NCBI GenBank assembly: GCA_030295235.1
Contig: AP026123.1
Location: 1,302,001-1,366,000, forward strand
Source: Fistulifera solaris
Lineage: Eukaryota
Direction of reading: 5' to 3'
DNA: 64,000 bases
Both the position numbers and the translations under genes were made by a program. Positions 50,647 to 61,223 of this stretch are shown piece by piece (position 1 is the stretch's first letter; each line of letters begins with the position of its first letter). A model generated the notes under the pieces. The model saw nothing but the letters and a program-made list of their open reading frames with translations. It was not told the DNA's origin and ran no database searches.

Positions 50647-50711
50647 CCCTTTGTTGCAATCAGTCAGGAATTGTTACAATACATTAAAATCTCTTTACAT
50701 AGACGATACAA

Positions 50712-51317
50712 CTAACAGAGACTTCTCAATAGTTGAAGCAGCTCAGGAAATGGCTCGAAGAAGTGTGACCGTCTTGGTAGCACGTGATAGGTATCCCTTA
50801 AACCCAAACCATCCCTAATTTTCTCTCCTTCGTAGAGAGGAATGAAAGGATCATCGTCCGAATGAAACTGATGGAAACTTGGGCAATTACGTTTCATTTC
50901 TTCAAACTGATAACCGTTGGAAAGGATGTCACCATCCGGTCCCAATGTGGGATAGTAACCTGACGCTCGTTCACCGGCATCTCCGAGATCTGAAAAGGTA
51001 GCCGAAACCAAGACAGCAGCGCGACATGGATATTCTTCCGTGTATCTCAAAACAGCCTGCGCCCCAGAACTATGGCCTACTAGTATAATGTTTGTTTCAT
51101 CTTGTGTCTTTTCTACAGCAAGCTTTCGAATAAACGGAACCCATCTATCACGTCGAGCTCTGTTAGGATCGGGAAAATCTTCGCAAATACAGGCAATTGA
51201 AAGCTCCGTGAGACGCTCGAACAGATGACCATACCAATTCGATTGACGAATGCTTGAGCAGCCATTCCCTGGACAAATGATTACCGTCGGAAGAGATGCT
51301 TTCATGATCAAGTTCAA
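50712..51317 (-). CDS. Alpha/beta hydrolase, RBBP9/YdeN family
   Basis: IICPGNG, NWYG, FPDP..AR...W, VGHSSGA nucleophile elbow, ERASGYY, FHSDDDPFIP and RSHF. Confidence 0.88.
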   Translation of the reverse strand: MNLIMKASLPTVIICPGNGCSSIRQSNWYGHLFERLTELSIACICEDFPDPNRARRDRWVPFIRKLAVEKTQDETNIILVGHSSGAQAVLRYTEEYPCRAAVLVSATFSDLGDAGERASGYYPTLGPDGDILSNGYQFEEMKRNCPSFHQFHSDDDPFIPLYEGEKIRDGLGLRDTYHVLPRRSHFFEPFPELLQLLRSLC

Positions 51318-51421
51318 ATTTAATTACAGGTATTGAGCATCATTTATTTCCTTGGTTAGCATTACCTTTTTCGCCGATCTTCTAAACAAGCAGGAGATGC
51401 AGGAAGGTTCGGGAAAAAGTG

Positions 51422-52420
51422 TTGATTGGCAACGTCTACGCGTAATATACGTAGCCGCCGTAGGAAATTTATCTCTGTAGGGGAGCTCGGATAATGCTAA
51501 TTTCGACATCATCCACTTCTTCGACCTACATTGCACAGATGTCAGCTTTGTCGTATCCACCGTACTTGCTTCGTATCCGGAAGCAATAATCGCCTTCGAA
51601 TTGATTACAAAACGTCGATGGCACGAATGATGCAGGGCTTCGAATGTCTACGTGATTTCACGTAGCTCTCGTAGGGAAATTTATCGACAGAGGGGAAACC
51701 CGGATATTGTCCAATTTTGAACACACCATTTTTCGCGTCTTTTGGACACCAACGTCAACAAAACGTTGCCCAACATCGCTTAAATGCAAGCAATCAAACA
51801 ATAATCTACCTTGATTGGCAACGTCTACGCGTAATATACGTAGCCGCCGTAGGAAATTTATCTCTGTAGGGGAACCCGGATAATGCTAATTTCGACATCA
51901 TCCACTTCTTCGACCTACATTGCACAGATGTCAGCTTTGTCGTATCCACCGTACTTGCTTCGTATCCGGAAGCAATAATCGCCTTCGAATTGATTACAAA
52001 ACGTCGATGGCACGAATGATGCAGGGCTTCGAATGTCTACGTGATTTCACGTAGCTCTCGTAGGGAAATTTATCGACAGAGGGGAAACCCGGATATTGTC
52101 CAATTTTGAACACACCATTTTTCGCGTCTTTTGGACACCAACGTCAACAAAACGTTGCCCAACATCGCTTAAATGCAAGCAATCAAACAATAATCTACCT
52201 TGATTGGACTGTGAAACACGAAACAGTACAAAGATACGACGCTTCCAATGTCTACGCGTATTTCACGTAGCCGCCGTAGGAAATTTATCTCTGTGGGGAG
52301 CGGAAACGACGTTAAAATTCTGCCTCGCCGTAGGCTTTACGTAGAAACTTGTACTGAGAGGCAGAATTTTAACGTCCTTTCCCCGGATAATGCTAATTAT
52401 TTCGACATCATCCAGATGTC
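51422..52420. repeat. 389-bp higher-order tandem repeat (2 near-identical copies, each 212 + 177 bp monomers) plus a fifth monomer head
   Basis: ttgattgg at 51422, 51811 and 52200. The conserved ~70-bp head gtctacg..cgtagc..cgtagg(g)aaatttatc..gggga..cggata occurs at 51434, 51646, 51823, 52035 and 52250. Confidence 0.95.
52303..52381. mobile_element. ~80-bp hairpin (MITE-like) element, copy 2, inserted in a repeat monomer
   Basis: 24-bp arms gaaacgacgttaaaattctgcctc and gaggcagaattttaacgtcctttc (1 mismatch); absent from the four other monomer heads. Confidence 0.7.
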
Positions 52421-52454
52421 AGTTTGGGCGTGTGCTTTATCACTTATCACTTCT

Positions 52455-52570
52455 CCAGAAAATGTGTGCGTGTGCTTTTTCACTTGTCCAGAAAATGTGT
52501 GGGTGTGCTTTTTTTACGTGTCCAGAAAATGTGGGAGTGTGGTATTTTTACGTTCCCAGAAAATGTGGGT
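52455..52570. repeat. 33-34-bp minisatellite, 4 anchors; inverted relative of 33691-34021
   Basis: ccagaaaatgtg at 52455, 52488, 52522 and 52556. Confidence 0.9.
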
Positions 52571-52690
52571 GAACGTTGGCGAGTACCAGGTACAAGTATA
52601 CACAATCACACATCACACCCTCTTGACCATGTTTTGTCAAATAATAACGATCATTAATACTTGGTAAATTAAATTAAGCAGTTACCCATC

Positions 52691-53272
52691 ATGGCGGGTA
52701 GATTAGTTATCAGCAGACAAAAATCGTATTGCCCATGGAAAGCGGAAAACGTCGCGCGGGCAGTGCGAAAGGAGAATGAACGTGTTGCATCCGAGAAAGC
52801 CAACGACAAGTTGTCCTTGCAGCGGGCGCTAGAGACTCGTTCCCGACTTGTGGAAAGCACCGAAGAGCATCCCCGACACGTCAATTTATTCGAAAAGAAG
52901 AGAAAGAACACCAGTTAATGAACAATTTATCAATCCAGGCACCAAAGTACAGTGAGCCGTCTCGGCGCGACGCAGGAGTTTACTTCGACCAATCCATGAG
53001 ACAGATGTCGCAACGCAGCACTTCCACGAAAGACGAGCAAACAAGAATAGAGAAAGAGAAAATGGAATTGGATCCCATGAAAGACTTTCATCAACGAACT
53101 GATAGCCGCAAAGATTTCGAGAAGCGAGACAAAAAGAAAAAAAGACAAGAAACGACATCACCGCTCCAAGGGCACGAAACACAGTGTAGAAGAGCTTCGT
53201 AAACGACGAATGGCTCGTGAAGCGACAGAGCGAGATCGTGAACAGGTGATCATTCACTCGCGAACATTTTGA
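52691..53272 (+). CDS. CIR N-terminal-domain protein, LENG1-like; frameshifted
   Basis: KSYCPWKAENVAR, HVNLFE, LDPMKDF and VEELRKRRMAREATERDR are spread over frames that join at A-rich runs. Confidence 0.6.
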
Positions 53273-53852
53273 AGCCGCGTGGTACCACAAACATCTTTTG
53301 AAAGACTTCTTTTCCATGTTGCTAGAGCAATATCAAACGTCGGTTGTAAGCTCATCCAGTACCAGATACGAGGCACAGGTACAATTCTACAAGAAAGCGA
53401 GATTGATGCCTGCTTAAGGGAATTACGGGTCGGCTTCATAATTTACTTTTACACCAAAAAGAGAACATGGTGGTGAGATTCTTTTCATGACGTTGATAGC
53501 TAAGTCGAATAAATAAAACGTCATTGAGTCGAGCTCCTGTAAAAAAATAATTATGTAAATGACATTTTTTTAATGCCATGATTCATTCCCTCACGTAAAT
53601 ACACGCCGTCATCGATGGACTAATGTGTAAAAGCAAGTGTAAAAGACCTTGAAATGTCTCACGGAGATACGAACGGAGAGCTTGCAGCGCACATGATCGA
53701 GCGACATCAACTCTGGCTCTATCTCAACATAAAGCAAGCCGCAGCTCGATCAAAAGACAAGAGTGCTGATCGGCAACTCTTGAATGATGCGAGGTATAGC
53801 TCCCTTTATCAATCCTGATACTGCATTAGTAGTAGCAAGTGTGTTGCGTGCT

Positions 53853-54784
53853 TCAATCATCGACGCGATCACGCACTGCCGAAAGCAATTGCTTCCGACG
53901 CGCTACTTTCCCCTGACACGTCCACATCAATGCTGCCGCTGCACTGAGAACATGCCACAGGGAATGCAACCACGCGTATCCCGGTCGCAACGGTAAAGCC
54001 AAGCACAACAAACCCGCCACACCGAGGATTAACGCGTTTCGGTTGGGGAGACCACAAATATGATAAAAGTAAAAGACCGCCGCACCCGCGATACCGTGAT
54101 CCACATAATATAAGGCTTCCGCATTGGTGGCGTGGCCCATGGACTGAACGGCATGAAAGACCGTGCTCACCAAGCCCGCCGCCCAAATCCAAAACGCCAG
54201 ACCTCCGTAAGGACAAAGAATCGATTCCGCCGGGGCGGCAATTCGTTCCGGATCCGATAACCAGCCAGAAAATACGATAAATTGGATCCCAAGAATGCTC
54301 CAATGACCAAGGCGGCATCGGGGCACTCCCAAATGTAATCGACTTGTACCATTTTCCAAAATGGCGGAGTCGAAACCGGCCCGAAGAAGACAGGAACCGC
54401 GCACAGTGTCAAGGGTATCAACCACCAATAACGGGTTGCCACTGTTTGTAGAAGCGCTGGCAAGCGCGATAATTGCGACATCTTGTTGTGAATGGCCTGG
54501 AAGTATAGCGCGATTGTTTTCGTTTCGAATGCAAAGAATTTCGGTCGCCGTTCAACCTCTGTCACATCATTTGTGTATTGACTGGACCATATAGACCTTC
54601 GACGTTGCTTGTTTATTATTCTCTTGCCAGATAGTGGATAAAAAGTGACAGGGATAGAGAGCGGCTTCACCGGTAGAGACGAAGACCGACAATGACCGTA
54701 AGGATACGCCTCAATGGATGAGAACCGCTGAAAAAGCACCATTAGAAGCAACAAAAGCAAATCAGAGACCGCAAGGATCTTCAT
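53853..54784 (-). CDS. Multi-pass membrane protein with CREST-superfamily-like motifs; one frameshift
   Basis: Signal peptide, several hydrophobic helices, and STVFH, YVDH and HSLWH motifs. One added base at 54215-54217 joins the two ORFs. Confidence 0.65.
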
Positions 54785-55206
54785 TTTTCGCAACGACGGT
54801 ATCCTTGTTATCGAGAATGATAGTCTCATGTAAAAGCTTCGAACAACTGGAAGAATAATAGTCTTAAAGGTCGTCGATGAACAAGAATGAAAATGAAGCA
54901 AAACCAAAAAATGCGAAGCATTTCTCCGTGTGTACAGGTATATAGCCCCAAAATGTAGGTTCAGTATCGTAGCGGTATGGAAACGCATTTGATGTCGCAG
55001 TGAGTGTGAGTGAATGACGTCATCTTCGCGCTGGTTGCGTTGATCATGCGAGCGTTTTTTTCCTCTTTCGATAACAACGGCGGCCGTTGCATGAATGGAT
55101 CAAAATTGGACCGAGTATTTGCCTTTCATAGAAAGAAGCCACGGAAAACAATAACAAAACAAAAGGATTCACTTTCTCATATATTTATCAAAAACAATCA
55201 CATAGA

Positions 55207-55917
55207 ATGATATCAGCTGTATCACAGAGTTTGACTCATTCGAGTCGTCTACTGAGAAAATCTCCCCTTCGAATCTTGTCACTCCACAGCGAATCTTACA
55301 TTCTGCCGCGAAGAGAAGAGAAAGAACACAATTACTTACCGCAACCAATCCAAATTTTACAGCACCGTTGCTTTTCGGCAACGACAAAGGAAGGAACCCG
55401 AGCCGAACGGTTCCGCGAACGCGCGGAGGAAATGCGTGACAATGCTTCGGAACGGTGGCACGAATTGCGAGAAGACCCCAAGAAAGGCGCACTCGCCTTT
55501 GGTGCCATGATGAAGAAGTACGGTCCGGTTTTTATTGGTACTTATTTGGGAGTGTATGTGACGACATTGGCCTTGTTTTTCGGCGGAATTGAAACAGGAG
55601 TCTTAGATCCTGTCGTTTTATTTCAATGGATTGGTTCCGATAGTGGCTCTGTTACCAGCACAACGTACGATCTAGTGATGGAGTTCATGAAGAATCACGC
55701 TGTAACAAAACCGGCCGTTCCTTATCTGGAAAAGTATCCGGCCATGGCCAATTTTGCGGTGGCCTGGATTACTGTGAAATTTACCGAACCGGTACGATTG
55801 CCTATTGCATTGTTCCTCACTCCCCGAGTAGCTCGAATGGTCGGTTACCGCCCCAAGGAGATTGTCGAAGAGAAAATACAAAAGGTGGATGAAAAAGTGA
55901 AGCAAACTGTCAACTAA
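55207..55917 (+). CDS. FAM210/DUF1279-like mitochondrial membrane protein
   Basis: Arg/Ser-rich presequence; MKKYGPVFIGTYLGVY and NFAVAWITVKFTEPVRLPIALFLTPRVAR. Confidence 0.8.
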   Translation: MISAVSQSLTHSSRLLRKSPLRILSLHSESYILPRREEKEHNYLPQPIQILQHRCFSATTKEGTRAERFRERAEEMRDNASERWHELREDPKKGALAFGAMMKKYGPVFIGTYLGVYVTTLALFFGGIETGVLDPVVLFQWIGSDSGSVTSTTYDLVMEFMKNHAVTKPAVPYLEKYPAMANFAVAWITVKFTEPVRLPIALFLTPRVARMVGYRPKEIVEEKIQKVDEKVKQTVN

Positions 55918-56255
55918 GACGTCACAAACAGAGCGTCAAACATAGTCAAGTCGTGTCGTAAGGTATTTTTATTGACTTTTTAAAATCAAGCACATGATTA
56001 TATTGTAAAAGAATCACTCGTTATACTCTACATACCTTCGAGTAGTGGCGCTATTCGTCAAACTAATAAGCGAGAAGGACGTCCTTTATTTTAACGCGTT
56101 TTAGAAGTCGAATCAAATCGAACCGAATCAACTATACAGCAGTACGTTATACTTGTAGTACCCCTATTGCAAGTTTATGTAAATAACCTACCAGGTGTCT
56201 TTTTTGAAAAAGGAGCCTTGCATAGATTGTGAACGCCAAAGACGCCAAAAACATT

Positions 56256-59200
56256 TTAATTCTTCATACTCAGCGGAGTAATACCGTTAACATCCTCCCT
56301 ATCCTCCGAAACACCAAGCCGCTTCAGAAATTCAACAATCTTCTCGCGTTTGTATTCGTGTGCCCACCACATCGGGCCCCGTCCATCCTCGCTGCGAAGA
56401 TGCGGAACAGCGGGATTGGAAGCAATCAAGTCGTAAAGCTCTCGCATCTTGCCCTCCGAAATCAATTCCCAGACCAAGGTCGTCAACTCGTTGTTCTGCC
56501 AATACTCTTTGTCGTTGTACTTTTCAATGGCATCCGCTGTGAGTTTTTTCACCGTATTCTTCGGCGCATCGCTACCTTCGGGGCGGTGTTTCTTGTTCAA
56601 GTTTTCAAAGTAATCTTTGGTGTAATCATCGTCCCCTTCCGTCTTTCTGTTGAAGTCCTCAAGTTGGGCAAAGTCACGTTTCTGCGCTAGAATTTCCTCC
56701 AACGCTGGAGGGTACCGACCGGGACAAAACCAACTACCCGGAGCATCGCATACTCGGTTGTTGAGGACCCACTGCTTACTTTCCTCAGAAACGGACTGAA
56801 TTTTGTAGATACGAACTTTTCCGTACTTGCTAGTATAAACTTCGCGGAATCGGTTGCGGTCTACGACAACTCCTGGATTGATGCCATTACTATGCAAGGT
56901 GTAGAGTAGACTCTCTCTCATATCATCAGTGGGGACGCGATTACTCTGTAGAAATAGCAACGCGAACAAAAAGGTCAGAGAAGCAGTAACATCTAGCACT
57001 TGTGCTGCTGGATTAGTACTTACGTAGAAGCCAAATTCTCGACAAGTAGGTTCTTTACAGAGTCCTCGGTAAACGGAATTGGCGATACGACGCAAGTGAG
57101 GGGATTTGGCCAAATCATCTCCACCGCCACCGGCCCAAATAAGTACATAGTCTGCAAGATGTCTTGCAATACGATGAGCTTCCTTCTCTGGAGCCGTCAA
57201 AATTCGTCCCAGCAAAGCAATATGCTCATGGTTCCAAGTATTTCCGTCGGCAATAGTCGTACGATTTGCAATTCCATTGATCTGGTATCCATAATCCCAC
57301 CATGCCATAATACGAGCATCTTCAGGAGTATTCTGCGCTAGCCACTTGTAAGCTTCGCGGTAGTCATCCACAATCACAACCTCCCCGTCTCGAGTTCGTG
57401 CCTTTTGAATAATGGTGGGATGCGAGATGGATTTGGCCACATCATGAGAGCGCTTATAAAACTCTTCAACATAAGGTTTTCCTAGGCGCATGGCATACAC
57501 GGCTGCAGCAACACGTACTCCACGGAGAACCCATGGCATTGTGGACCGCTGAAAGTTGCGCGTTTCCAAGTTTTCCGTCTTTTCATCCAGCTTATCCGAC
57601 GAATCCGTCTTCTTATCCTTCTTTGTGTTCTTGCCGATCGGCTTACTTTTCTTGGTTCCTTTTTTGTCAATTGGTGGTTCGGTGTCCGTCCAAGCGAAGA
57701 GAGCCGATAAAATACCCCAACTGAACAAGCGTCCTACTACAATTCCACCCAACATTGAAGCGATCGGGGCGGTTAGTAAAATCAATCGCACCATCTTCAA
57801 CGAAAAGTAATAGGCAGCTATTCCATAAATAAGCAAGAAACTGCTGCTGTCGTTGTAACCAAACAAAAGCGTCATTGCCAATCCATAGGGTATAAGCTTT
57901 ACGACGTGGTGCAAATACTGGAAGTAGGCTTGTTCCTGTTGAATAAGCGACGAAAACGATGAGATAGGACCGTGCCTGCTTAAAAGTAGATGATGCGGAG
58001 ATGTCTTACCGACGCTGCCTGATGCTCCGCTACACTATCCACGAGTGGGTTGCCAGTCTTGGTGTGTTTGACAAACAATCCTCGTACTCGGGAACTGATC
58101 GGACCGAAATAACCCTGCCCCAACAAAAGATACGCCAAGCCGGCTGCAACCACCCCGGCGGCCATGAAAACGGTAACTCGAGCTTTCCACGTTTGAACGA
58201 CTCCCCACCTATGTTTGCGTTTCTGAACCTCGACAAACTCGATCAGCTGCAGACTCGCAAAACCAATCAAAGGAGCCATTTGTTCGAGAGACCGCAGTGG
58301 TGTCCAGCCGACGACGGGCACTGTCGTTGCCAAGGCCGTGCCAAAAACATAAAATGCCGTATACGCACGATGCAAGCGCTGCGAATAACGCCCCGTGAGA
58401 ACCAACCAACCAGCATGGGCGGCGACCATGTTGACGACAAAGACATATCCACCCCACGCAGCCACCATGTAAAAGTAAGCCACGCCCGTGAGAAGTCCCA
58501 GAGCCGTCGTGATCCACAAATTGTTCCAATCCTCTCTCAAACTAAAAGTCCAACAGCAAAACGTAAGAACCATAGCAGTCATGGCAACGGATTCATTGTC
58601 GTAGCCTCCACCAATGGAACGTAGCAAATGCGCCGGAATCACGCTCATAATAAAAGCAGCCGAAAGCGCACAAGCCATCGGGGCAAACGTATTGTACTGA
58701 TCATTTTGGGTAGGAGGACGCAACCCCCATGCGGAAGAACTTGGAACAGCCTTTTCGAGGAGATCAAACCCGAGACGAACCAAAGGGACGACAATGTATT
58801 TATAGACCTCTCGAATCAACGGAAACTCGGACAAGATGGATCCTTGTGATGCCCGGTGTCGTGTGCACTCATAAGTCAACCAAGTGACGGCTAACGTCGC
58901 AGCGGCCCCAAACCAAGCCGGCATGAAAACACAAATATCATTGATGCTCCAATCGCTAAGAATATGATTTTTGATCCAAACAGCTGTAACCTGCAATCCA
59001 GGGTAGATTGTGGTGCCAACAGGACGTCCCAAAGGATACCAAACCATGTAATCAAACCATGTCGAAAAAGCTTTCCATCCGTGTTCGTACAAGTACTGAG
59101 AAGAAAGAGTGAGAGGCGACCGCTCTAAGGACCGCCCACGCGCACACACGACGAACAAAAGACCCTCCATCCAGCACCAGGCGCATCGACCATCGCCATC

Positions 59201-59417
59201 CGACCCAACAACATCTTCTAATGCATCAGAAGACTTTTGCAATTCTTACCGAAGTTGAACGAGCATTAAACCACGGGTCGAATTCGTGAATGACTCTCCC
59301 GTAAGACTCAATTGCGTAAAGGCGGATTTGATACGCTTCCTTTGCAATGTAATAGAGGCATTGAAGGAAGGCGACCGCGAGGAGCGCGTTGACCACTGTT
59401 AGCGAATCTTTCGACAT
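56256..59417 (-). CDS. STT3: Oligosaccharyltransferase catalytic subunit STT3 with a C-terminal ankyrin-like extension; 3 introns
   Basis: IHEFDPWFN, WYPLGRPVGTTIYPGL, GGYDNE, SVAEHQ, DDYREAY, WWDYGYQI and DLAKSPH. Introns 59096-59249, 57936-58009 and 56946-57023. Confidence 0.95.
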
Positions 59418-60209
59418 TTTTCAGCCCTATCCGACGCCGGAATTCACTCAGAAATGTTACTGTGTTGTCGGGAAGACTCGAATTGTTAGAAAGAAGATGA
59501 AACGATTGATTTGTATCGTAATGCTTTCCTTCCTTCGCATTCCATAATTGTGTATGTGGAAAATGCGAGGCATTGGTTTCGTCGCTGACAGCCGTTCAAA
59601 TTTTACAGTCGTTTACAAAGTACAATGTCCTACTTAGTAACTTAGAGCTCATTGATAAGATTTTAAAAATAGAACCAGAACTGATCTTACCGGTACCAAA
59701 TGTGATTAAATATGAAACGTGGAATACTTGCAATGTTTTGGCAAAACCTTGGAATGAATGAATCATCGATCATCGATTATCGATTCATCACTCGCACCAT
59801 CATCCATCATCCATCATCATGCAAAATGACCGGACATTATACCTGGTAAAATTCATTTTCGGTGCGAGACAAGCACAATGAAGATTGCAGACGAGGAATC
59901 GTGATTCATGACTGATTCCAATCTTGAAAAAAAAGTCATCTACACATTGGGCTACAGTAAAATTATGGATGACGATACATTTTTTATAGCCTTAGCGGCG
60001 ACTGAGCCTGAGATTATATCGAAATAGTCTAAATGAAATTCAAATCCACTGAATAAAAGTGATTGAAATCCTTCCTTTCCTGGTCTTTTTGACGGCAAAA
60101 TAGTCATTGTAGGACAGAGTCACAAGGTGGCGATGCTCGAGAATTCCATTTGACGCTAGTTCTTTACATTGTATTTCCCCCGAATGATATTGTGAACTAG
60201 AGTATTATC

Positions 60210-60729
60210 TTACTTCAACTTCTTAGGAATATAAGGCTCGTTAATCACAAGCTTGCCCTTAGTGACGAGCTCCACGAGCCGTTCCCGCGTAGGAATGAGC
60301 TTCTTGACATGTTCAGTGTAGAACGCATCGATTTTGGCATCGTCCAAAACCGGCGCCGTCTTTCGTGGTTCAAAGATGACGAGCGGATAGTCTTCCGGCG
60401 TGGGGCGCTTCTTTGGTTTGCTAACCGGATCTCCGGAGCGACGCGGCTCGGTCGGAGTTGTCTTTTCGCCATTCGACAAATCAACCCCCAGAGGAATAAT
60501 AACTGGCTTCGTGACCTTTTCGTTAGCACACAACGTTCCGTCGTCAGCTTCTTCCGTGGTAAAGGAGCCTGCTGATTCCACTCCCTTAGCAGTCATATCA
60601 CCGACATTGTCAGAGTTTAGTCCCAAACGGGTCGTTGAGATCGCCTCCTTCTCCTCCGAAGCTTTTAATTGATGCGCGCTTTCCTTCTTCAGTCAAGTCT
60701 AGGTCTTTGACCGTCTTGTCGAGAGTCAT
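60210..60729 (-). CDS. Hypothetical protein (probable frameshift near 5' end)
   Basis: Open frame 60210-60690. The nearest ATG at 60729 is in another frame. The C-terminal segment looks ordered. Confidence 0.45.
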
Positions 60730-61223
60730 GATGAATGAACTGGGTTGGTAATGAATAGGAACCGATGGAATGCGTGCACGAAGGGTCGTAGTCCGCGAGA
60801 ATGAGATTGTCAGCGCACTGCACTGCCGGCTTGAATTTTTTTGCTGACATCTCCGATTAGACTGGGTTTACGACTGAACTGTGAATGTAAATTGCGTGGA
60901 ACTTATAAACGTCTTTGATGAAAGGTATTTATCGAAACAAATGCAAGATTTTCCCCCACTTTGCATGTTCTTTGCTTTTCGGTCATTTTCGCTTTCGTCG
61001 TCATCAAAACACTTGAGTATCCGTCATCCGGTACCCGTTGTCGTAGCAAAAAACGAAAAATAATAAGCTATAGTTTATAGTGTACAGTGATAGATCGTGA
61101 TTGATTTTTTGTTCGTGCCAGTTGAAATCCATCCATGTTCCGTGTTAGATGGTGTCGTAAGAAAAGTGGGAGTCCAACTAATGTAACTATCATTCTTCTC
61201 ACAAAATCAACAACCAACCAAAA

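Noticed and set aside
51422..52300. CRISPR array
   Set aside because: Eukaryotic context, no cas genes, heads (~70 bp) and tails (105-140 bp) too long, and tails are duplicated rather than unique.
5583..54784. Genome-wide programmed ribosomal frameshifting (Euplotes-like)
   Set aside because: Shifts go both ways, fall in A, T and C runs, and lack a common slippery-site-plus-stop signal; sequencing error is simpler.
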